From assembly GCA_964373355.1 (NCBI GenBank), contig CAYJUM010000025.1, forward strand, positions 7,366 through 31,365: a stretch of DNA of 24,000 nt, in the 5' to 3' direction. The translations under genes and the position numbers were made by a program. Positions 15,688-22,630 of this stretch are shown in pieces. Within the stretch, counting starts at the first letter, position 1; each line of letters begins with the position of its first letter. A model generated the notes under the pieces. The model saw only the letters and a program-made list of their open reading frames with translations. It searched no databases and was not told where the DNA came from. This DNA is from an uncultured Nitrospirales bacterium. GTDB taxonomy: Bacteria; Nitrospirota; Nitrospiria; Nitrospirales; Nitrospiraceae.

Positions 15688-16428
15688 ATGATACGGCTCG
15701 AGGGCGTCGAAAAGACACTGGGCGGGCAGCCGGTCCTGCGCGGGGTCAACCTGACCGTGCCGGTTGGGAAGCTCACCACCATCATCGGGAGAAGCGGCGG
15801 TGGCAAGTGCGTCCTGTTGAAACACATGATCGGCCTCCTGCAGCCGGACCGGGGCAAAGTCTGGGTGGGGGACGTGGACATCTCCCACCTCCGGTCCAAG
15901 GAGCTCAACGAGGTCCGCAAGCGTTTCGCGATGCTCTTCCAGGGGGCGGCGCTCTTCGATTCCTTGACGGTGTTCGACAATGTCGCCTTCCCGCTGCGCG
16001 AGAAACTGCACCTGCCGGAGGACGAGGTGCGGACCCGCGTGGAAGAAAAGCTTGACCAGGTGGGGCTGGCCGACATGGGCCATAAATTTCCGGCGGAGCT
16101 GAGCGGGGGCATGAAAAAGCGCGCCGGCCTCGCCCGGGCGCTGGTGATGGAGCCGGAGATCATCCTGTTCGATGAACCGACCACCGGGCTGGACCCTCTG
16201 ATGGCCAAGACCATCCATGATCTCATCGTCGCGATGCACCGGGCCTTCGGGTTCACGGCCGTCATGGTGAGCCATGAAGTCCCGGAGATCTTCGCGATCT
16301 CGGATTGGGTGGCGATGCTCCACGAGGGGACCATCATCTCGATGGCCCCGTCGGCGGAGTTCCAGCGGGTCACGAATCCGGTGGTCCACGAGTTCATCAC
16401 GGTGGGCGGCACGGCCCTCAACCCTTAA
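15688..16428 (+). CDS. mlaF: MlaF-type ABC transporter ATP-binding protein
   Basis: Walker A GRSGGGKC, Q-loop LFQGAALF, signature LSGGMKKRAGLARAL, Walker B IILFDEPTTGLDP and H-loop VSHE are present. I place the start at ATG 15688 (MIRLEGVEK...). The track start at 15628 would translate the repeat. Confidence 0.9.
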   Translation: MIRLEGVEKTLGGQPVLRGVNLTVPVGKLTTIIGRSGGGKCVLLKHMIGLLQPDRGKVWVGDVDISHLRSKELNEVRKRFAMLFQGAALFDSLTVFDNVAFPLREKLHLPEDEVRTRVEEKLDQVGLADMGHKFPAELSGGMKKRAGLARALVMEPEIILFDEPTTGLDPLMAKTIHDLIVAMHRAFGFTAVMVSHEVPEIFAISDWVAMLHEGTIISMAPSAEFQRVTNPVVHEFITVGGTALNP

Positions 16429-16442
16429 CGCACGGAGCGGAT

Positions 16443-16886
16443 ATGGAACGAGCGAAGCTGGAGTTTGTGGTCGGGATCTTCGTGCTGGTGGGATTGGCCG
16501 CCCTCGCCTACCTCTCGATCAAGCTCGGCAAGCTGGAGGTGATCGGTGGACGGATGTACGAGCTCGATGCGGTCTTCGATTCGGTCTCGGGGCTCAAGCC
16601 GGGGGCCACGGTGGAGGTGGCCGGCGTCGAGGTGGGGCGCGTGAAGGGCATCCGGCTGAACGACGACCGGGCGACGTTGAGGCTGGCGATCCGCGACGGC
16701 GTGACCCTCTACACGGATGCCATCGCCTCCATCAAGACCCGTGGCATCATCGGCGAAAAGTATGTGTCGCTCTCGCCCGGCGGCGGCGGCGAGCCGTTGA
16801 AACAGGGGAGCAAGATCCGCGACACCGAGTCCGGCGTCGATCTCGAGGAGTTGGTCAGCCAATTCATCCATGGGAATGTAAAATAA
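16443..16886 (+). CDS. mlaD: MlaD-type MCE-domain protein (single MCE domain, short)
   Basis: N-terminal anchor KLEFVVGIFVLVGLAALAYLSI. The MCE core reads YELDAVFDSVSGLKPGATVEVAGVEVGRVKGIRL...ATLRLAI...YTDAIASIKTRGIIGEKYVSLSPG. I place the start at ATG 16443, after GGAG. Confidence 0.85.
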   Translation: MERAKLEFVVGIFVLVGLAALAYLSIKLGKLEVIGGRMYELDAVFDSVSGLKPGATVEVAGVEVGRVKGIRLNDDRATLRLAIRDGVTLYTDAIASIKTRGIIGEKYVSLSPGGGGEPLKQGSKIRDTESGVDLEELVSQFIHGNVK

Positions 16887-16909
16887 TACCGTCCGGAGGT
16901 AGAGGTCAC

Positions 16910-17524
16910 ATGAACACCACAATTCGGGTCGGCATCGGCATCATTGTCGTGATGTTGTCGTATGTCGGGGTCCAGGCGGCCGCCGCCGGGCAGGCGACCG
17001 ACCAATTGAAAGGGACCATCGACGAGGTCGTCCGCATCCTGACCGACAAGGAGATGAAGAAGCCCGAGCGCACGGATGAACGCCGCCGGATCCTGGAGAA
17101 AGTGATCGGCGATCGGTTCAGCTACGATGAAATGTCGAGACGGGCTCTGGCGGCCCAGTGGAACAAGCTGAACGACGACCAGCGGAAGGAGTTTGTCTCG
17201 CTCTTCCAGCGGCACCTCGCCAATGCCTACACCGGGAAGATCGAAGGGTACAAGGGCGAGCAGATCCGGTTCATGAACGAGCGGTTGGAAGACAACACCT
17301 ATGCCGAGGTCCGGTCCAAGCTCGTCACCGAGAAGACCGAGATTCCCTTGGACTACCGGCTCATCAACAAGTCCGGCGAGTGGCGCGTGTACGACGTCAT
17401 CGTCGACGGCGTCAGTCTGGTGAACAACTATCGCGGCCAGTTCACGCGGATCATCCGCTCCTCCTCCTATGAGGATCTCGTCGAGCGGCTGCGGAAAAAG
17501 TCCGACGACCTGAAGGCTCCCTGA
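16910..17524 (+). CDS. mlaC: MlaC / Ttg2D-family periplasmic lipid-binding protein
   Basis: Signal peptide MNTTIRVGIGIIVVMLSYVGVQAAAA. Family-typical blocks: FSYDEMSRRALAAQWNKLNDDQRKEFVSLFQRHLANAYTGKI and WRVYDVIVDGVSLVNNYRGQF. SD GGAGGTAGAGG (16895-16905) precedes ATG 16910. Confidence 0.88.
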   Translation: MNTTIRVGIGIIVVMLSYVGVQAAAAGQATDQLKGTIDEVVRILTDKEMKKPERTDERRRILEKVIGDRFSYDEMSRRALAAQWNKLNDDQRKEFVSLFQRHLANAYTGKIEGYKGEQIRFMNERLEDNTYAEVRSKLVTEKTEIPLDYRLINKSGEWRVYDVIVDGVSLVNNYRGQFTRIIRSSSYEDLVERLRKKSDDLKAP

Positions 17525-17541
17525 CCCGTCACCGGGGGGAG

Positions 17542-18762
17542 ATGCAGCGACCACTCCGCCGCGTCGCGACCCTGCTGCTCTGGGCCGTGCTCCCCCTCGC
17601 GGCTCTGACTGCCGCGCCGTCTCTGGCGGCGGCGGCGGCGGCGGAGACCTCCTACTTTCCGATCCCCACCGTGTCGACCACCCGCAACGACGGGAACGAC
17701 GCGGGCTTTATCGTGCCGATCCTCGTCACCGAGCCGAGCGGGGACCTGAAGTACGTCATGGCCCCCATGTTCGTCGTGAACTCGATCGTCGGCGCGCGCG
17801 GTTCCTTCAACCTCTTCCGCTATGAGCCCGGCGGACGCGAGATGCGGTTCATCGGGTCGTTCACCGAGCGGATCGAGCGCAAGCTCGTGTTCAGCTACAC
17901 CGATCCCGCGTTCAGGAACGGCCAGTACGCGCTGAGCGTCGGCGGGTCCTTTTTCAAGAACGCGACCGCCCGGTTCTTCGGTATCAGCCAGGATACGCCG
18001 CTCAGCAACGAGTCGAACTACACCGCGCGCGAGGTGCGGGCCTACTGGAAGCTCGGGCTCCATCTGAACGAAGTCACGCAGGTGGCCGTCGGCGAGCGGT
18101 TTCGAGAGGTACGGGTGCAGCCGGGCGGCGCGACCAGCCTGCCGTACTCACTGGACCTTTTTCCGACCGTGGACGGCATGCAGGGCGCCTCCATCCTCGG
18201 CCACCGCCTCACGTTCCACTATGACACGCGGGACAATCTGGTCTCCCCGACGGCCGGCTCGCAAGTCACGGTCTATGCCGAGGTGAACCAGAACCTGAAA
18301 AACGGCGACAACCCGGTGTATACGCGCTACGAGCTGGAATTCCGGAAGATCTTTCCCAGCGAGTCGAAGCGGGCCATCCTCGTGGTGCGGGGCGATCTGC
18401 AGACCACCTTCGGCACCGAGGTGCCGTTCTACGAACGTAGCTCGCTGGGCGGGCAGAACAACTTGCGCGGCTACGGCGTGGACCGATTCATCGACAAGCA
18501 CCTCATCGCCATCAACGTCGAGAACCGGCTGCACGTGATGCGGACGAGGGTGATGGGGGTCGCGGCGGAGTTTGAAGTCGCGCCGTTCGTGGATATGGGC
18601 AAGGTGTTCAGTTCGTTCAGCAAGAAACCGTTCACCGGCTACGAAGTGACGCCGGGCGTCGGGTTTCGGGGCATGGTCCGCCCGAACGTCGTCGGCCGGG
18701 TGGACTACGGGTACAGCAAGGAGGGCGGGGCGGTTTTCGCTGGCCTGGATTATCCGTTTTAG
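17542..18762 (+). CDS. Omp85-family (bacterial surface antigen / D15) outer-membrane beta-barrel with no recognisable POTRA domains
   Basis: Signal peptide ends ...LAAAAAAE. Barrel motifs are DTRDNLVSPTAGSQV and ERSSLGGQNNLRGYG, and alternating amphipathic strands run through the sequence. The C-terminus is aromatic (GLDYPF). At 406 aa there is only about 20 residues between the signal peptide and the first strand-like segment. Confidence 0.75.
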   Translation: MQRPLRRVATLLLWAVLPLAALTAAPSLAAAAAAETSYFPIPTVSTTRNDGNDAGFIVPILVTEPSGDLKYVMAPMFVVNSIVGARGSFNLFRYEPGGREMRFIGSFTERIERKLVFSYTDPAFRNGQYALSVGGSFFKNATARFFGISQDTPLSNESNYTAREVRAYWKLGLHLNEVTQVAVGERFREVRVQPGGATSLPYSLDLFPTVDGMQGASILGHRLTFHYDTRDNLVSPTAGSQVTVYAEVNQNLKNGDNPVYTRYELEFRKIFPSESKRAILVVRGDLQTTFGTEVPFYERSSLGGQNNLRGYGVDRFIDKHLIAINVENRLHVMRTRVMGVAAEFEVAPFVDMGKVFSSFSKKPFTGYEVTPGVGFRGMVRPNVVGRVDYGYSKEGGAVFAGLDYPF

Positions 18763-18797
18763 TCAGCGAGTGGGGGCCACGGATGTCGTGTAAGCGC

Positions 18798-18827
18798 TTG
18801 ACAGTAAAAGAGGTTCTGTGTGAGACT
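18798..18827 (+). promoter_or_regulatory. Candidate promoter for dxs-ispG
   Basis: Perfect TTGACA (18798-18803), then TGtGAGACT (18819-18827). The spacing and TGn layout match the shc promoter candidate, but the -10 hexamer is weak. A small hairpin, GAGACT (18822-18827) with AGTCTC (18842-18847), would sit at the 5' end of the leader. Confidence 0.3.
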
Positions 18828-18888
18828 AGCCGGGCTTTTGCAGTCTCGAACCTCGGGGCAACCCTGGAGTTCGGGAGGAGAGGGAACG

Positions 18889-20784
18889 ATGTCCATACTC
18901 AAGACACTCCATAGCCCTGCAGATCTGAAGAAATTGTCTCCTGCGGACTTTCCGGCCCTCTGCCAGGAGATTCGGGAGCAGATCCTCGAGGTGGTGTCGA
19001 ACGTCGGCGGCCATCTGGCTTCCAACCTCGGCGTGGTGGAGCTGACCGTGGCCCTCCACTATCTGCTCGACACGCCGACGGACAAGATCGTCTGGGACAC
19101 GAGCAATCAGGCGTATGCCCACAAACTGCTCACCGGGCGGCGGGAGCAGTTTCATACCCTGCGGCAGTACGGGGGCCTGAGCGGGTTCTGCAAGCGCGAG
19201 GAAAGCCCCTATGACACGTTCAACGCCGGGCATGCGGGCACCGGCATTTCCGCCGCGCTGGGGATGGTGGAGGCGCGCGAGCAGCAGGGGCGCCACCACA
19301 AAGTCGTGTGCGTGGTAGGCGACGGCGCCATGACCGCCGGCATGACCCTGGAGGCCCTCCATCATGCGGGCGGACTGCACAAGGACTTTCTGGTGCTGCT
19401 GAACGACAACCAGATGTCCATCTCACGGAACGTGGGCGCCATCTCGGCATACCTCAATCGCACGTTTACCGGGGAGTTCTACACGAGAATCAAGGAGGAG
19501 ACCGGGCTGTTCCTCAAGGCCCTGCCCCACATCGGGCAGCCGGTCGGCAAATTCGCCCGCAGGGCCGAGGAGCTGGCCAAAGGGTTGATCCTGCCCGGCC
19601 TGCTGTTCGAGGAGCTGGGGTTCCGGTACGTCGGTCCCATCGACGGCCATAACTTCGAGCATCTCCTGCCGACCCTGGAGAACGTCCTCCGCCTGAAAGG
19701 CCCGACGCTGCTGCACGTGATCACCAAAAAGGGCCTGGGCTATGAACCGGCGATGAAGAACCCCGTGTGGTTCCACGCGTGCCCCGCGTTCGTGAAGGAG
19801 ACCGGCGAGCCGGCCAAGAAGCCGGCGCGGCCCTCGTACACGAGCGTGGCCGTGAACACCCTCGTGAAGCTGGCACGGCAGGACGAGCGGATCGTCGCGA
19901 TCACCGCGGCCATGTGCGAAGGGACCGGTCTCACGGCCTTCGAGAAGGAGTTCCCGCGCCGGCTGTACGACGTCGGCATCGCCGAGCAGCATGCCGTGAC
20001 GTTTGCCGCGGGGCTGGCGGCGCAGGGGATGCGCCCGGTCATCGCGATGTACTCGACCTTTCTCCAGCGGGCGTACGACCAGGTCGTGCACGATGTCGCC
20101 ACCCAGAACCTGCCCGTGAGTTTTCTGATCGATCGGGGAGGGCTCGTGGCGGAGGACGGGACGACCCACCACGGCGCGTTTGACCTCGCGTACCTGCGGC
20201 ATGTCCCGAACATGACGGTGATGGCCCCCAAGGATGAGAACGAGTTGCAGCACATGGTGGCCACCTGCGTCCGGCACGACGGTCCCGCAGCGGTCCGCTA
20301 TCCCCGCGGCCTGAGCCTGGGGGTGCCGATGGATGCGGACCCGGCCACGCTTCCCATGGGACAGGGCGAGCTGCTGCGGGCGGGGACCGATGTGGCGATC
20401 ATCGCGATCGGCGTGACCGTGTGGCAGGCGGTGCGGGCGGCGGCGCGTCTGGCGCAGGAGGGTATCTCGGCGGCGGTCGTGAATGCCCGGTTCGTGAAAC
20501 CCCTCGACGCCACGCTCATCGCGGACGTCGCGCGGCAGGCCCGTTGCGTGCTGACCGTGGAGGAGGGTGCGAAGATGGGCGGCTTCGGGTCGGCGGTGCT
20601 GGAGGCGCTGGCCGAGCAGGGGCTGTCCCTCCCGACCGCGATGCTCGGCCTGCCGGACTGGTATATTGAGCAGGGGCCCCAGGATCTGCTGCGCGAGAAA
20701 TACGGCCTCACGGCGGATAACATCTACGAGCGCGCCAAGGCGCTTCTGACCGGGGCGGTGTCCCGGGCCGAGGTGCCCCGGTGA
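18889..20784 (+). CDS. dxs: 1-deoxy-D-xylulose-5-phosphate synthase
   Basis: Motifs present: [19 protein letters not shown], the ThDP motif [20 protein letters not shown]...[38 protein letters not shown] and [17 protein letters not shown] place the start at ATG 18889, after GGGAGGAGAGGGA. Confidence 0.93.
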   Translation: MSILKTLHSPADLKKLSPADFPALCQEIREQILEVVSNVGGHLASNLGVVELTVALHYLLDTPTDKIVWDTSNQAYAHKLLTGRREQFHTLRQYGGLSGFCKREESPYDTFNAGHAGTGISAALGMVEAREQQGRHHKVVCVVGDGAMTAGMTLEALHHAGGLHKDFLVLLNDNQMSISRNVGAISAYLNRTFTGEFYTRIKEETGLFLKALPHIGQPVGKFARRAEELAKGLILPGLLFEELGFRYVGPIDGHNFEHLLPTLENVLRLKGPTLLHVITKKGLGYEPAMKNPVWFHACPAFVKETGEPAKKPARPSYTSVAVNTLVKLARQDERIVAITAAMCEGTGLTAFEKEFPRRLYDVGIAEQHAVTFAAGLAAQGMRPVIAMYSTFLQRAYDQVVHDVATQNLPVSFLIDRGGLVAEDGTTHHGAFDLAYLRHVPNMTVMAPKDENELQHMVATCVRHDGPAAVRYPRGLSLGVPMDADPATLPMGQGELLRAGTDVAIIAIGVTVWQAVRAAARLAQEGISAAVVNARFVKPLDATLIADVARQARCVLTVEEGAKMGGFGSAVLEALAEQGLSLPTAMLGLPDWYIEQGPQDLLREKYGLTADNIYERAKALLTGAVSRAEVPR

Positions 20785-20800
20785 CGGCGTAACGGACCGC

Positions 20801-22000
20801 ATGCATATCGCCAGAAAAAAGACCCGCCAGATTAACGTCGGCCGGGTGAAGATCGGCGGCGACGCGCCGATCTCGGTCCAGTCCATGACCACGACCGACA
20901 CCCGCGACGTCAAGGCGACGGTCGAGCAGATCCACCGCCTGGAGCAGGCCGGCTGCGAATTGATCCGCGTGGCCGTGCCGGACATGGAGGCGGCCGCGGC
21001 GCTGCCGAAGATCAAGGCGCAGATGACCGCCCCGCTCATCGCCGACATCCATTTCGATCACCGGCTGGCCTTGAAGGCGGCGGAGGTCGTGGATTGCGTC
21101 CGCATCAATCCCGGCAATATCGGGGCCTGGTGGAAGACGGCGGAGGTGCTCAAGGCCGTCACCGACCGAGGCATCCCGCTCCGCGTGGGAGTCAACGGGG
21201 GCTCATTGGAGCGCCACCTTCTGGACAAGTACGGGTATCCCACGGCGGAGGCGCTGGCGGAGTCGGCGCTGAACGCGGTCCATGCCCTGGAGGACGTCGG
21301 TTTCACCAACATGAAGGTGTCGCTCAAGGCGTCGGATGTCCACCTGGCCGTGGACGCCTACTGGCTGTTTTCGCTGCAATCGAACTATCCGCTCCACATC
21401 GGGATCACCGAGGCGGGCACGGTGCTGACGGGCGCCGTCAAGTCCGCGATCGGACTCGGCTGGCTGCTGTCACAGGGGATCGGGGACACCTTGCGCGTCT
21501 CGCTCGCGGCCGATCCCGTGGAAGAGGTCAAGGTCGGGTTCGAGATCTTGAAGTCGCTGGAGCTCCGTCACCGGGGGATCAACGTCATCGCCTGTCCGAC
21601 CTGCGGCCGCGTGGAGATCGACGTGGTGCGGATGGCCAATGAGCTGGAGCAGCGGCTCGGCCATATCAAAGTGCCGCTCAACGTCTCGGTGCTGGGCTGC
21701 GTCGTGAACGGCATCGGCGAGGGCAAGGAGGCGGACATCGGCATCGCCGGTGGCGAGGGAGTCGGCATCCTGTTCAAGAAGGGGAAGTTGCTGCGGAAGG
21801 TCCCCGCCGAAGAGCTGATGGACACCCTGATCCAGGAAGTGGAGCTCTTGGCCAAGGAGAAAGAGGCTGAGGAAGGCGCGGCCGGGGCCGGCGCTGAGGA
21901 TCCCGATGGCTCCGGGTCAGAAACGCCGCTCTCCGCCGCCTCGTCCCTCGCCCCGTCGCGCGCCCCGCGCGAGGTCCCCGTCCTCCCCCCACGCCGCTGA
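20801..22000 (+). CDS. ispG: 4-hydroxy-3-methylbut-2-en-1-yl diphosphate synthase (IspG/GcpE)
   Basis: Motifs present: [50 protein letters not shown], and the cluster Cys contexts VIACPTCGR and [17 protein letters not shown]. It carries a roughly 49-aa low-complexity C-terminal tail. Confidence 0.93.
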   Translation: MHIARKKTRQINVGRVKIGGDAPISVQSMTTTDTRDVKATVEQIHRLEQAGCELIRVAVPDMEAAAALPKIKAQMTAPLIADIHFDHRLALKAAEVVDCVRINPGNIGAWWKTAEVLKAVTDRGIPLRVGVNGGSLERHLLDKYGYPTAEALAESALNAVHALEDVGFTNMKVSLKASDVHLAVDAYWLFSLQSNYPLHIGITEAGTVLTGAVKSAIGLGWLLSQGIGDTLRVSLAADPVEEVKVGFEILKSLELRHRGINVIACPTCGRVEIDVVRMANELEQRLGHIKVPLNVSVLGCVVNGIGEGKEADIGIAGGEGVGILFKKGKLLRKVPAEELMDTLIQEVELLAKEKEAEEGAAGAGAEDPDGSGSETPLSAASSLAPSRAPREVPVLPPRR

Positions 22001-22010
22001 CGCTCGTCTA

Positions 22011-22081
22011 GAAAGTCCAAAGTCTCTAAGTCGTCAAGTCGCGATAGACTGTAGACTTGATAGACTTTCGACTTTTGGACT
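22011..22081. repeat. Imperfect long hairpin (locus G) built from AAGTC / GACTT units between convergent genes
   Basis: AAGTC occurs at 22013, 22020, 22028 and 22036. GACT occurs at 22047, 22054, 22063, 22070 and 22078. There are three helices: 22014-22024 with 22070-22081 (11 bp, 1-nt bulge), 22028-22032 with 22063-22067 (5 bp), and 22034-22040 with 22054-22060 (7 bp). The loop is 13 nt. It fills most of the 84-nt gap between the ispG stop and the stop of the minus-strand gene, so it is a likely bidirectional terminator. Confidence 0.8.
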
Positions 22082-22084
22082 GGC

Positions 22085-22546
22085 TTATCGGATCAGAATC
22101 AGGTCCATCTCCCCCACCCAGCCGATGACCCCCTGGGCAAACCGGACCTGGTACAGCCAGCGCCCCTGCTCCCACACACCGTCCACGATGACCCCGGTAT
22201 TGTCCGCGGGCAGCGCATCTTGCAGCAGCATCTTTGCCTCAGGCCCGGTGTAGATCGTACCCGCCAGGCGTACCCGCACCGTCGCGCCCTCGGCAAAGTG
22301 CGGGGCGGTCGGCGCCATCCGATCCAGGCTGACCAACGGCTTGATGACCGACGTGTTGATGGCGGAGTAGGGGTCGTAAATCGCCGCGAGGACCGTGAGC
22401 GTGGCCATGACCAGGACGATCATCCCGATCGGCAGCCAGCTGTTCGTGCCCGGATACGGGTCGCGCCGCGGAAGGAGCGTCCAGCTCTTGTTGAGGTACG
22501 CCTGAATGGTCTTGATCCGCTCGGCGAAGGAGGAATTGGGCGGCAT
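22085..22546 (-). CDS. Membrane-anchored protein with C-terminal SH3-like domain (hypothetical)
   Basis: TM helix WLPIGMIVLVMATLTVLAAIY. The C-terminal block ATVRVRLAGTIYTGPEAK...GVIVDGVWEQGRWLYQVRFAQGVIGWVGEMDL resembles bacterial SH3 domains. I place the start at ATG 22546; the track uses TTG 22582. No clear SD for either. Confidence 0.5.
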   Translation of the reverse strand: MPPNSSFAERIKTIQAYLNKSWTLLPRRDPYPGTNSWLPIGMIVLVMATLTVLAAIYDPYSAINTSVIKPLVSLDRMAPTAPHFAEGATVRVRLAGTIYTGPEAKMLLQDALPADNTGVIVDGVWEQGRWLYQVRFAQGVIGWVGEMDLILIR

Positions 22547-22592
22547 GAGGTCTAGTCTACGGAACGGGGACGTATGACGCAAGACGGCTGCC

Positions 22593-22622
22593 TTGTCTTG
22601 CGCAAGAAGCGCTGGTTATAAT
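22593..22622 (+). promoter_or_regulatory. Promoter for tRNA-Cys
   Basis: Perfect TATAAT (22617-22622) ends 8 nt before tRNA position 1. TTGTCT (22593-22598) lies 18 nt upstream. An 8-bp hairpin, CGCAAGAC (22578-22585) with GTCTTGCG (22595-22602), overlaps the -35. Confidence 0.5.
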
Positions 22623-22630
22623 GCCGCCGG

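Noticed and set aside
19423-21048. 541-aa minus-strand ORF across dxs and ispG
   Set aside because: It spans two well-supported plus-strand genes and their intergenic gap. I recognise no motifs. It is a GC-rich antisense artefact.
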